DNA of 64,000 bases from Octopus vulgaris (GCA_951406725.2 OX597815.1:108872001-108936000), one strand, 5' to 3'; positions 40,149 to 53,391 are shown, counted from the first letter of the stretch. Translations and numbers: made by a program. The notes: generated from the sequence alone by a model not told the origin.

Positions 40149-40855
40149 AGTCAACAGCATTTGGTAAAATTTAAGTGAATGAATCTCCAGCTAATCTACA
40201 TACGTTTACATTTTATGAAACTTGTTTTATTTGCTTTCTCTCTCTCTCTCTCTCTTTTTTTATTCGGGAATGTAAGTGTGTATGCATCAGTTTATATGTA
40301 TGTATGTATGTTTGTGCGTAGATATAGACATAGATATCGCACATCTGTTTAACATCACATGCGATCGACTGGGATTGTATAGCAAAAAATTTTCCTTCTC
40401 ATTCATTATGACTTCGTTTCTACGTTTGATGTTTTTATGCAGTCATGCGTAAACACAGACACTTAGATTCTAGATTCAGGGAATTAACAAAGACACCAAG
40501 GCCGTAGGAGTAGCATCAGTCCAATAAAGCAAGGTTAGGTTAGGATTTTTATCTGCCTTGTCACAACACAGTCAAAAGTACAATTTAAACATTTTTTTTC
40601 TCTATATCCTACAGTGCAATCTGATATGATTACACTCCGTTGCTTACAGCTACTGTTTTTTTTTTTTCACTCTCTTACTTGTTTCAGACTGCGGCCATGG
40701 TGGAGCACCGTGTTATTCTTTGTAAGGACTTATTCTTTGTAAGCTTAGTACTTATTCTATCGGTCTCTTTTGCCGAACTGCTATGCTACGGGACGTAAAC
40801 ACACCAACATCGGTTGTCACGCGCTGCTCCAGTATAGCCGCAGTCAGATGACTGA

Positions 40856-40946
<91 letters not shown>

Positions 40947-41594
40947 TATACACACATACATATATGGTTTTTTTCAATTTACGTCTACCAAATCCACCCA
41001 AAAGGCTTTGGTCAGCTCGAGGCTACAGTAGAAGACACTTGCCACACAGTGGGACTGAATCCGGAACTATGTGGTTGGGAAGCAAGTTTCTTACCACACC
41101 GCCACACCTACGCCTATGATACGGGGTTATTCGCAATTATCCTTTATATCTATCTATTGGTTATGTCCTACTCCGAGCCACTTGTAGACGCGCACTATTT
41201 GCACATATTTACACGCAAACACACACGCACACACACATGCACACACTCACACACACACACACACACTCACACACACATACACACGTATAAATATAGACAC
41301 ACACATTTACATGAATAAGTGTGTACACATGTGAGTGAGTGTAATCTCTGTGGGCGTATGTGTATGTGTTAATTCATTTGACTTGAAGAGATTTTAGAGT
41401 TTCGTTCGATCGTTCTTGAACATAGATGCCAGTGGTTTGGCAAGTACTCTCTTCTTATATAACATTGGATTACATTTATAAGACGACTCTTCAGACTCCC
41501 AACTTAAATGTGTATATATATACAATATGTGGTAAGGCTTTAACATGTAGAGAGTACAGATAATGTTTTAATGAAAACCACAAATCGTGTGCAA

Positions 41595-43715
41595 TATAGC
41601 TACCCAGGGTTTCTTTGTCGAAACACAAATTTGTTTCGCCACTTTTTAAACAGAGAACAAGATCATTTGTCAGTTGCTTTCAAAGCAGATGACGTTTGAA
41701 CAAGGATCGCTCATAAGGAACGAACAGAAAGGAAAACACTGGGGAGATAACCGACACTACAATAAGCAAATATCAAAATATAAAAAAGATATTAATGGCC
41801 GACAATGTGTTCGGTGGGTTATTTTTTTATTCCGACAAAAAGTATTTCTTAAAATGCGGACATAAAGAAAACATATCGTCCCTGGAATTTACGAAGTCAT
41901 TGGAGGTTCCCAAGGTCTTTAAGAGATAAAGGTTTTCAGCAGAGCATACTGAACATCATTTTAACTTGTTAATATAGGAATTGGTTTTCTGTTTGATGTC
42001 GCAATTGATTCTTTCGTCTTTAAGTTTCCAGAATAAAGTTGTAGAATGCCTTATCCCACGCTGCGTTAAAGTCGAAAGATGGTTGTTATCTCTGGATTTA
42101 AATTTTCCCTCCGTTGCTCCGATATAACGCTTGATTTCTGTTTGACCATTGAGATAACTTGCTGATACCTGTGCTTAATAAACAACGGAGGATATATCGC
42201 ATTTTTTGCCGTAAAGGACATTTAGATTTATCTCCACTTGTTCATGCAGAGCAGGCTTAAGTCGTCGGTTGCTTATTGATATATGCCTTAACATTAGGGG
42301 GACAAGAAAAGGTAATTCCAATCGTGTGTCTGTTAAATTTCTTATTGTATGTATGGGTTTTAGGAAAGGGAATAGCCACAAAGTGCAAGAATCTTCTGCC
42401 CACATTTGTCTTAACATTAAGGGAGAAAGAGGGTGGGGATCAGAAATACTTTTCGAGGCCTATTCTTACGACTAAATAACAGAGAAGGTAGGAATTGTAA
42501 AATATTTTACCAGTAAAGCCTCTATCCTTATAATTTGGAGCAGCCTTTTCAAATATTTCTTTTCAAGAAGAAAAGCATTTAATCCTATGACTAATATTTG
42601 GAATTAAGTTTTTAAATACAATTGGTGGGTGATAGAAGTGTTTATTAATATATTTAAGGTTCTCGTTAGTTTTATGGAAGGGCTTATAGGAATTAGTTCT
42701 GAAGCCTAAGAAAACATATAAATTGTTAGACCTAGTTAGGTTAGTGTGGATAGAGATTTTAATTCCTAAAGAATTGAAAATAGAAATTAGGCTGCTCCTT
42801 GGTCTATTATGAAGATCGGGTTTATGATACTTTAGTGAATCAATGCCTCCCTCTTAGCTAGACATTCAGATCTTTTATCTATATTAAACCTATTTCCAAA
42901 GATTTTACTCACCTTTGTAATAGATTTGCAAGTATTCATATCAGATGTCTTATATCGATCCGTAATACTATTAGTTAATAATTTATTATGTATATCTTTA
43001 TCTACCTCGTATAGATTGTTTGTCTTGTCCGAAAATATAAACCTACTATTAGACTTTTGAAATTGTTTACCTTGAAACTGGTTGAAGCAAGAGTACTTAC
43101 TAATCTTAATCGTGGAAATAATGCTCAGCAAATCGGTCTCGAAATGAACAAGAAACGTGGAGGAAATTTTTGTGATTTAATATATATTCAGTGGCTGTTA
43201 TAGGTAAATCTCCATCGTAAGCGCTTAATAAGGTCTTCTGCTTTTCTGTACTAACATCTTCTATGAGCATCCTCAAATAAATATCATTAGGTAGTGTAGG
43301 AATATTTTTAGCAGAGTAGTTCATATGAAAGAAATTCATCGTGGCGCAGGATACCAGCATCGTCGAGCGCTCGACTGTAATAGCTAAGCTTCAACAATCT
43401 TAAAAAGAATCTGCGATGGTCATTCCGGTACAGTATTGATAAACTATGTTAGATGTCAACAAGTAGAATAGCACTCGATCAGCTGAGGGTAAAGATAATG
43501 TTATAATGCAAACTACAAGTCTTTTCCAGATTTCTTTATTGTAACGTTGGTTATCTGCGCTGTTTTCCTGTCTTTTTCTTACGTGAGTTCCTTGTTCAAA
43601 CGTCATCTATTTTAAAAGCAACTCACAAACAGTCTTGATCTCAGCTTCGAAAATGGCGAAATAAATTAATATTTTGACCAGGTTAAATCCTGCGTAGGGG
43701 TATTTCACAAAGCTT
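41595..43715. repeat. Diverged ~190-bp inverted repeats (41595-41780 / 43525-43715)
   Basis: Shared agttgctttyaaarnagatgacgtttgaacaagga...ggaaaaca...agataacc...tacaataa; visible as paired spurious ORFs MTFEQGS.../MTFEQGT... Confidence 0.75.
41830..43420 (-). mobile_element. Old Penelope-like element 4 (RT plus C-terminal GIY-YIG remnants)
   Basis: Frameshifted: FSDKTNNLYEV..., YINKHFYHPP...IPNISHRI, PPSFSLNVKTNVGRRFL...FPKTH...KKFNRHTI..FSCPPN, SSVVY...RYIGATEGKFKSRDNNH, CSVC..E, FSLCPHFKK. Confidence 0.8.
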
Positions 43716-43901
43716 TCTTTCTTTCTTGTAACAATCGGCAGTGGCGTGGGATAAGCTAAACCAGTTCATGCATAATTATTATGTAATTATTCTTATGAGT
43801 TTGTTAAATAATGCTTCTTCTCAAGGGGTGGGGGCGCTTATCTCTCTTGAAACTTCAAGCTAGCAAAAGCTTCCAAATATTTCCTCCACTCTTTATTCTA
43901 A

Positions 43902-44144
43902 CCCATCAGCATTAAAATAAATTTGTCGAATGTAAATCTCATTTATTCACATTGTTTTGAATTTATTATGCGTTGTCATGTAGCTTCGATACTTCGTTGA
44001 TAAAATTGTTTATTTCATGAATGACATCGTACGATAGGTGTAAGAAATCAGACCTGGCCGGTCTGAATATATACCGTGTAGAATAGCCGTTGAACTGCTA
44101 AAGTATACTTTCTTCAATTCTTTATTAGTTTAATTGCTAAAGGG
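43902..44144. mobile_element. piggyBac-type MITE
   Basis: cTAA|CCCATCAGCATTAAA ... TTTAATTGCTAAAGGG|TTAA. Confidence 0.5.
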
Positions 44145-44646
44145 TTAAAATACAAAATTATCATTCACCTAATTCATACAGTTTCTTTTTCACCACTTTA
44201 GCACCGACTGGCTAATTCAACCAATTACCAAATGAAGTATAGTTGAGTTCAACGATGAAAGCCAATACCGCAATACTCTTTGAGATATAATGGAAAACTG
44301 TTGAGTAAAAATTTTTAAGAAGATTATATTAAAATATGTGAAACAAATGAACTTCCACATGCAACATTCAGATAGTATGTTTTCCATGTTTCTTTGCTAA
44401 TTTTGTTTTAATTACACCTAAATAAAAGTTTTCATCGAGAAAATCTAATATTGAAATAACGCCAAAAATTTATATATCAGAACAACATTTATGAATCGAA
44501 AATTGGTCAAATCTGAAGATGATCCATGCATACACACACTCTCTCTCCCTCTCCCTCTCTCTCTATATATACCTTTCCCTCTCTCATACACACACACAAT
44601 GTATGTATATTATTACTTAGACATATATTGGCTTAAATTTTGCACA

Positions 44647-44759
44647 TCGGTGTTTGCACAATCGATAAGCGTGCCGTACTTATAGACAGTACTTTCCTTG
44701 CCTAATTCACAATATTAGGCGGTTAGTCGAGTTTGTGAGTTCAAGCCTCACTCCTTTGC
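44647..44759 (+). pseudogene. tRNA-Ile(UAU) pseudogene retaining the intron
   Basis: gcacaatcgataagcgtgccgtacttata gacagtactttccttg...tgtgagttcaagcctcac aligns to 40148->40037. Acceptor stem and 3' anticodon strand are destroyed; a T run follows. Confidence 0.85.
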
Positions 44760-45799
44760 TTTTTTAAAAAAAATACAGAGTTTGTATGCCTTGTTTTTAA
44801 CTTGAAATTGTATTACACAGTTTTATTAGTTTTTTTCTTCTTTAGAAGTCGCTTTATAGGCAACAGGTCAGATACACTTGATTAATATATATATTTTTGA
44901 AAATTAATAAATAATTCACGATGATGCACTTTTACTTATTCAATTCTTGACCAAATTAAACGCGATTAAGTCCATTGAATAGGGCCGGTATTCTGATAAA
45001 TGTTGAGATATTATAATAGAAAGTTAGCTAAGTAAGAAAAATGTTACTATGAAATATGTGCTCAAAAAATGGAATATTAACGCATAGATGCAGCACCTAA
45101 ACAGTATACTTACTTCATTTCTTTATTAGCTTTGCCCTAGTTACACTTAAATGAAAAATTGCAATGACCGGAATCTAACTCTGTAAATTTCGTCAAATTT
45201 TATGCAGTAGAATAACTTATGGAGGGTGGGAAAGTAATGAAATTTGAATGACAGTAATGCCTAAATTTTAAAGCCATTTTATTCCCGTGACATTACTGAG
45301 AAAATAGTATAGTTAAGCTTTCTCAGAATATATAATAAACTGTGTCACAATTGACACAATAAAAACAATAAAAATGAACTTAGGAAGCAAGTTGTGAAAA
45401 TTGAGAGGGCTCCCTAATATGTATATATATACATAGTTTACTGTTCTGTTACGGTCAGATCAACAAAAAAGTACTCAATCCCGTGAGAGATAAATATTTA
45501 ATGTACACTGTATTAAGGTAAGAGCTACTAACAGTTCTTGTTCTGGGGATACGTAGCTAGGCAGGTTTTTATAACGTGCGTTGTGCCTTCGAGCGATCTT
45601 TTGCCTCTTGGCACGTGACCTGTACTATTTAAATATCAGGTCGCTGCTGCATTAGAGACAACGAGAAAAAAGGGGGGAAACGCAAAGATGGTTGCTGCAA
45701 GAAGTGGAAGGGTGAATAAAAACGGAATAAATAAAAAATAAAAAATAAAAAGAAAATTAAAGTTACCTCCCATTTGATCGTAGAAGTCGTAATTAAACT

Positions 45800-46970
45800 T
45801 ACTGTTGTAGAATAGTTCAACGGAGACGGGTCTAAAATCTGCGAGAGAGCTGCAGACTTCGGATCCCTAATCTACGAAGTCCAGGTTTCTGAAGGTTACT
45901 GTTGGCACTCTTTGCGATCTTTGCTCATCACTGTTGTCTATTGTCTGCCGCATTGCATAATTCAATACAATTTGCAAACAGGTAAGATGCAAGCGTATCT
46001 CCTTGCAGCACCGCAAACAGAATGTAAAAGAATTTCGTTTCTCCAACAGATGAGAACACACGAGCTCTAGTCTCGTCGCAGGTCTTTGCAATTACTAGAA
46101 CTAGTTCGTATAGAATGCCATATACTCGAAGGATCTTCAACATTTTTAACGAAGGATGGTGTCAAACGCTTTGCTGAAATCCATGAGGATTATAATGGCA
46201 TGTAACTGTCTTGATTTAACTCCTTCTACGATACGCCTCAGGTCTAAGATCTGAGATGTTGTGGATCTCCCTGGTCCAAATTTATTTTGATTTGGTCGCA
46301 GATGGCTATCCAACACCGGTTGAATCCTGTTGAGGATCATTCGGTTGATGACCTTGAGTAGATATTAGACAATTCTTCTGAAGTTAGTTTCTTTGCTGAG
46401 CTTTCCTGACTTTGGGATTCGTATCAAGTCAGTCTCGGACCACTGATATGAAGTTTCCTGGTTCTACAAGAGCTTATTCGCAAAATCCAGTTTTATTTCA
46501 TCCAGATTGCACCACTTGATAACTTCAGGGGAGTTCCATCACGGCCAGCTCTCCCGCCTTCCGTCTATTCCTGGCACTCTGAAGTTCTTCCAATTCAAAG
46601 GATCCGGTTTTATACGTGAAATCGTCGAAAACAGGTTGAACCTCTTCCTCTACGTTGCCTACAAGGGGAAAATTTTCCGAGCAATTGATTGAATTGTTGA
46701 TGCCCCTTTTGGATACACTCCTCCCAGCTGCTTCCATGGATGATGCTTGACTTTGCTGCTTCTCTTCAGTTTATCTCATTGATCAATTTCCAGCTTTATT
46801 TGTGCGTTGAATTTGCCTCTGCTGCATTGACTTGATCAATCATGCGGTCAAATTCCCCTTCCTCAATAGTGTCGTAGGCATTAGGAAGAGTGAATTTGGC
46901 AGCTTATAGTCCTCGCCTGTATTCTTCGTTAGGATTCTCTTCATAGCAGTTAAATGCTCTTTGCACGTTC
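45800..46970 (-). mobile_element. RTE-like LINE reverse transcriptase remnant
   Basis: IPKSG..., MILNRIQPVLDSHLRPNQNKFGPGRSTTSQILDLRRIVEG...MDFSKAFDTI, VLQGDTLASYLF, LDFVD*. Confidence 0.85.
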
Positions 46971-48264
46971 TAAAGAAAACAAATTTTTTGTTGTGTAACA
47001 TCATTAATTATATATTTTGTGTTGAAAAAGTGATACCCCATGAGGATGCAGTCATATGAATTTGAGACGAAGAGAAACTGAAAAAAAAATTGTGCTAAAT
47101 AAAATACATGTAAAAATATATATTTAAATTTAAACGCTTTTATCCCTTCACCAAAATATACCAAAAAGTTATTTTTCATCTAAAGCAAATTATTTCTTTT
47201 ATCAAAAGGAATTAACGCTTTATTCTGGTATAATTAATTTTCCAAAATAATAATTAGTCAGAAAAAATAAAACAAAATCAAAATAGATATGAAGATATAT
47301 TAAAATTTGACGAGTTGATGGAATTGGACATCAAAAACAAAAAAGAAAAATGAAAAACAATCGTTGCGAAATTTATTGTATGAAAAAATATTTCTTATTT
47401 ATATAATTTACTTCTTGACCGTGTCTGAACGCCGGAAAGACAGAAATGAAATGGACAAGGACGAGACAAGAATCTAAATGAACAAGGCATCACCAAGATA
47501 GGCTATCGCATTCTTGGTTTACCATGGTATCACCAAGTGCATCTCAAGCTTGATCCAGGAAGAGACTTGCAATATACTCAAGGTGTTCCCCGAGAATATG
47601 AATGTGATTAGATCATTTTGCCTCAAACTAGTTGACTCAAATTTTATGTAGTGCTTTCTAACTCGTGGCAGTTCATCTACTGATGTTCTGTTAGCATTTT
47701 CTTCTTCATTATGGTTTCCTCACGGAGAATTTATAAAATTAACTTTTTGACTATAGCTTAAACATTTTCTCTGCAAAAACTTTTGCTTGCAAAAGATGGA
47801 TTAGCAAAGGAAATTCGTTTACAGGAGTGATATTTTTCATTAACTGAACCTGGAAAACACAGGATGAGACGACATGAAAGCTTAAAAAAGTTTCAGCTGC
47901 CTGAGAGATACCATATGGCGTTCGAAAGCCGTCTGCACTGATCTCAGGCCCATACCACCTTCATTTCTTCTTAGGTAGAACTTGTCAACATCACTGTTTC
48001 TGTGGAAATTCCAGTTGTTGTCAGGATTTTACGGGTTTTGATATCTATGGAGTGGATTTCCTCTACAGACTAATCAAGCATCCCAAATACTGGGATCAGC
48101 ACTAGCACTGAAAATGCATTGTGGAATATTGTTTTGTTGTAAGAGGAGAGTATGTATGTATTTTCGTACGCATGCATTTATACTCATACATTGCTCACCT
48201 AGTACTCTCAGCATCGGTCACAAAGACAACAAAAATACAGTACATATAAATGTATATATGTGTG

Positions 48265-48301
<37 letters not shown>

Positions 48302-48898
48302 TTAACACATACGCGTGCGCACACACACATACATACATTATAGTAATTACACTGATAATAAAACGTGAATAATTAATAAAATGTATTTTGGATTTACACA
48401 CTCTAAAACTATACTAATATATAAACACATCTTCATTTTTGCACATTAACCTCTCCTGTTGCTCTTCTATGCATGAAATTTCATTCGCTCTTTGTCACTT
48501 CCTCTGCTTCAGTCTCCACCAGTTACACTATGACTTCACACAGAGACACCATATGTTTCTGTGTCATCCACCGCTTCTGTTTTTCCTTCTCACAACTTCC
48601 TTCTTCTAAATATCTTTCTGACGAAGTACGTCAGCTCGATATGTGAAATACGCGTCTATTTTATCTTGCATTGAACGTTTAACCAACTATAGCAATTTTT
48701 TTCTGTTTATGTCGATATTCTCGATGTTCATTTTGGATACTCACTCATACACACATACACACATATGTACATATGAGTAGTATCATATTTTGCACAAGAA
48801 CATAATCATTCTCTCTCTCTCTCACATACACACACACACAAACATATTTAAATATACATATTTATCAGGATTTTCAGTTATTTACAAGTATCTAATTT

Positions 48899-49164
48899 TC
48901 ATTGCCGAATGGTATCCGGATGGTATACAGTCTTTACTGCTTGGTATTTCTTTGAGTTTTCTTTATTAATGAGAACAAATAAAGCAATTGTTATTACGAT
49001 GCCACAGAGAAAGCTAACACCCACGCTGACGGAAAAGTTCAAGATTTTCATTTGACGTGTGTCGTAAAACACGCATGAACCTTGTTCTGAGTCTACCGAT
49101 GAAGACCAAATTAAACACGTAGTATCAATCAATTTTCCGAACACAATAGGGCCAAATGTCCAAC
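48899..49164 (-). CDS. SLCO: SLCO/OATP gene B last coding exon (TM11 end, TM12, stop)
   Basis: tttttag|GT TGG... GWTFGPIVFGKLIDTTCLIW...GSCVFYD...TIRQ*. Confidence 0.95.
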
Positions 49165-49609
49165 CTAAAAAAGAAAAAAAAATTGACAATTGAACTTAAA
49201 AACATTAGATCATGTTGTCCGTTCTGTATGTCTCACCAAACACCACAATTCGCGCCTTATCCACTTATTTCCAATCCACTTTCCTTCGGCATCTCAATCC
49301 TCGAGAATTCCCCATCTGGCAAATGTTTTTCTGTAGACGCTGATTCGACAAATGTTGAAGATGATCATAAACTGCAAATAACTTACTAATGTAGGAAGAT
49401 CTTTGAAAGTCCCGAACACGGCAACTTCTTTGTAATAGACTTTACAAAAATATTGCATAACATGAACTGCCATGCAGTATTTCTTGCCATTTCAGCAGCA
49501 AGGAACACGTTAGCATATGATAGATGCCACCGTCATAAAAAAACAGGTATAGTGAGGAATTTATACTCGGATTTGTGGTAGAAAGGTATGATTAAAAAAT
49601 ACATTTAAT

Positions 49610-49681
<72 letters not shown>

Positions 49682-49749
49682 GAGGAAGCACAAAAATGTG
49701 AAACAAGGTGGAAAAAAGAGTACTCAAATACCAGAGGTAGAGTAACATG

Positions 49750-49904
49750 CTTTATTTAAAAGCAGCAGAAATATAAAAAAAGCTGTTACTCAGCGTTTCA
49801 CGTTCCCGTTCGTTGGACAGTTTTGTTAAAAAAAATTCCGACGAACGGGAACGTGAAACTCTGAGTAACAGCTTTTGTGATATTTCTGCTGCTTTTAAAT
49901 AAAG
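49750..49904. repeat. ~68-bp inverted repeat, each arm carrying a hammerhead-like motif
   Basis: 49750-49818 vs 49837-49904. Arm reads (ctgt)CCGACGA acg-ggaa-cgt GAAA ctctgag TA acag. Confidence 0.75.
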
Positions 49905-49918
49905 TCTAGTATAGTATA

Positions 49919-49966
<48 letters not shown>

Positions 49967-49988
49967 TTTGGAACGCAAAATCACTTAC

Positions 49989-50053
49989 CCAATAAAGAAT
50001 TCAGAAATGATGTCACTCCTATAACCAGGCTTTTGTCTTTTGCTTCCACCATT
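49989..50053 (-). CDS. SLCO: SLCO/OATP gene B exon (TM11 start)
   Basis: ttattggatag|A ATG GTG... RMVEAKDKSLVIGVTSFLNSLL G|gtaagt. 65 nt, phase 2->1. Confidence 0.92.
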
Positions 50054-50170
50054 CTATCCAATAAAAAATTGTATATTTCTTTAATATAAGAAATGTTCAA
50101 TGTTTTAAACAAGCGAAATATTGTTTTCAAAGTGCAAAATTCACTGAAGATAAAATCTGGTAGTAATTAC

Positions 50171-50331
50171 CTTATAAAAGCTATAGAAAAGGGCACAATT
50201 TTCATGGTTCCAAACAAAGCTGAGAGGGTAAGCAAAGCTGAAAAATAAATGATCTTGTGATTGCAGCCATTAGCACAGTACCCAGACTCAACTGTAGAAC
50301 CAGCAATCAGACAGCTGCAGTCAGTATACCT
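50171..50331 (-). CDS. SLCO: SLCO/OATP gene B exon (Kazal end, TM10)
   Basis: tatttacag|RYTDCSCLIAGSTVESGYCANGCNHK...IVPFSIAFI AG|gtaatt. 161 nt, phase 0->2. Confidence 0.93.
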
Positions 50332-50401
50332 CTGTAAATATAACATAAACACAGTATATACACATTAACTGAGTATAAAACAACAAAAATGAACAAAATT
50401 A

Positions 50402-50458
<57 letters not shown>

Positions 50459-50618
50459 CAACAGCGGCGGTGATGATGGTGGTAGTGGTGATGGTGGGAG
50501 TAGAGGTGAAATTGATGGTAGTGTCACTGTTTCTGTTGATGGTGATGGTAGTGGTAGTGATGGTAGTGATAGTGATGATGGTGATAGTAATAGTAGTAGT
50601 AGCAGTAGCAGTAGATAC

Positions 50619-50649
<31 letters not shown>

Positions 50650-50774
50650 AAGCCTTATTGAGATTGTTCAGGAGTAAGTGAATAAAAACACTTTCCTTTC
50701 CGTGTAAATTTAACATAGCCGTCATAAAACAACACACAGTGGATAATGTAACCCAAGACATACAATTTCTTATT

Positions 50775-51003
50775 TTTTTATTTCCCACAAGGGGCTAAAC
50801 ATAGTGGGGACAAACAAGGACAAGAAAGGACATTAAGTCGATTACATCGACTCCATTGCGTCAGTGGTACTTAATTTATCGACCCCGAAAGGATGAAAGG
50901 CAAAGTCGACCTCGGCGGTATTTGAACTCACAATGTAACGGCAGACGAAATACCGCTAAGCATTTCGCTCGGCGTGCTAACGTTTCTGCCAGCTCACCGC
51001 CTT
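50775..51003 (-). mobile_element. Full-length Meta-type SINE
   Basis: Complete head and tail; an opposite-orientation copy lies at 51995-52200. Confidence 0.85.
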
Positions 51004-52991
51004 AGGTGACATACAATTTCTGAATAAAGATTGTGAACGCTTTTGATTGGAATACCTTAGCTCATTGGTTCAGTTGATCATGGCAGGCCAGAGGCAAAAC
51101 AAAAATAAGCTGAAACTTACTGTAATGTGAGAAAAAATAAAGAACTTTAGCTGCAGAAATGAACCACAAATCTGTTCAAAACGAGAATCGAAACTGCGTC
51201 TTTTGTACTACTGTACATGACAGAAGTAGGAGAGTATATGCATGATTGTTCTGCAAGAAATAGAGATCAAATACCACCCGACACTTCTTTTAAAAATTAC
51301 GTGTTATGGTCATCTCCACAGATTTCCTATAGAAATTATAGCCAACACTGATCTTATTACGACGTTTCGTACCCGAGATGTCAGATGCAAACAAAAAATG
51401 AGATGTCTCTAATCTTTTAAAAATGCCAACAACCCACTAGTTTTCCCATACATCATCCTGTGATGAACCGGGACACATCACCAATGCTGTTTCCTCAACT
51501 CATTAGACGTCCATGGTTCCTTCAACATCAGGCACCCTCACCCAGGTAGCCCGGCCGGGATTGATCAAACCCTAGCTTGTGTCCAGTGAGCAAATACCCC
51601 TGGTAGCACTGCACCTTCAAGGGATCACACTTCCTGATCCACAGCCACCTTCAGATAACCTCCACTGCTATCGTAGCCAACTTGGCGGCTTTTCGCCTAC
51701 ACACCCTTGTGATGCCAGATTTGTAAGTTCAGCACAAGAATTATCCGGCAAATTCTCTGCACTCCACCCCGATGAGCTTAAGTGTTATTGTTGTTGCTAG
51801 TGTGCATCAAGTTTCTAGCCAAAAGCAGTTATGAAGTGTTCGAAAGAAGCGGGGAATGTATTTATAGTATTCCATTCAATACTATGTTATCAACACTGAT
51901 GTTAGTTCTTCAGTTGTTTCCCGGTTCAGTTTATTGAAGTGATTATGTTTCTTTGTATGTAATTATGATTCTTATCCTAACATTACAATACTATGGTGGC
52001 GAGCTGGGAGAGTTGTTAGCAGGCCGGGCAAAATGCTTAGAGGAATTTCGCTCGTCTTTAAGTTCTAAATTCAAATTCCGCCGAGGTCGAATTTGCCTTT
52101 CATACTTTCGGAGTTGACAAACTAAGAACCAGTTGAACACTGGACTCGATGTAGTTAATTTCCCACTTTAAAGACTGATGGCCTTGTGCCAAATTTTTAA
52201 ACAGTTATTAATTGCAACATTATGATTTGATATCATCTTAATAATTAATTAATATTCATATTCTAGAATTGTGAATACCGAAGAATTTTAGTGATTTATC
52301 TGACTATACTAGGTGCAAGCTGTAAATTATCTAGCGATTAATTAGCTGTTCAATTCTGTGAGATTCTTATGGTAGATGACAGAGAAAACTAGACTGCCCA
52401 GCTAATAAAATGAGAGGAGTTGTATATTTGTCACTTCGATAAATTTGTTCAGACTACATTGTTTTGTAACTGGTAGTTTTATCGAACGGCAACTGATATG
52501 TGTTTTAATTCTTGCACTGTGGTCTGTTCTTTCTTGACACTCATGAGATGGATTTGTACTTATCTTATGTATGTACGTATATCATTGCTAGGTTTTATTT
52601 CAAGATTTCTTGCTATAGAGAAAGAACCGGTTTCTAACCTAGATCCTGCATTGGAATTTCAACATCAACAGCAGGGTATTTTTGTATGTATGCATGTATG
52701 TATATGTGCAGATTTGTATGTTTTGCTATACGTATGTATTCTCATGCATATAGTTGCATATCTAGACATGCGCATATATATTTAAATGATAAACTTCTGG
52801 AAAATTCCACAAAATTTAACAGTTCCAGTGATGGATTGGATCCGTATTCTTCCAATTAGTTTTCTCCTTTCTGGTTTTGAGAAGCCTAATTTCTCAAGAT
52901 TGGTATTTAGGCAGTGTGTTACATATTCTAGGGCCCCAATAATTACATGCATAATCCTGAACTTGTAATCTGAAGTGGGTAACTACAGATT

Positions 52992-53043
<52 letters not shown>

Positions 53044-53055
53044 GTATATATATAC

Positions 53056-53106
<51 letters not shown>

Positions 53107-53247
53107 CGTGTGTATATATACACTCACACATGCACAAACTTTCCTCACTTCGCCAAAACGTATATGGACTTCTAGCAACACACCACCATCATATAACTTG
53201 GAAAGAAAACGAAATATAACTTTTATAACTTTTGAAGCATGTTACGT

Positions 53248-53340
53248 CACCTGACAAGGTTTTCTGCACTCTGCGTTGCATCTGATGCCATTACATCGTC
53301 CGAGGGAGCAGTGCAGAAGGAAGCCGAAACGATTGTTGTG
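53248..53340 (+). ncRNA. Hammerhead-like motif with extended stem II (variant core)
   Basis: CAC CUGACAA gguu uucugcacu...agugcagaa ggaagcc GAAA cgauug UU GUG, followed by AATAAA. Confidence 0.45.
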
Positions 53341-53391
53341 CTAAATAAAGCTTCTAATTACAGTCCGTCTTCTGTATTAATCATTTAAAAG

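Noticed and set aside
41674-43606. Paired small ORFs MTFEQGS.../MTFEQGT... as duplicated peptides
   Set aside because: The similarity is explained by the DNA-level inverted repeat; frames diverge and there is no coding evidence.
48617-48650. CTGACGA...GATA hammerhead-like string downstream of the gene B stop
   Set aside because: GAAA is mutated and stem II pairs poorly; too degenerate to call.
51355-51392. Minus-strand CTGACA...GAAACGTC hammerhead-like string
   Set aside because: Core incomplete and no stem II.
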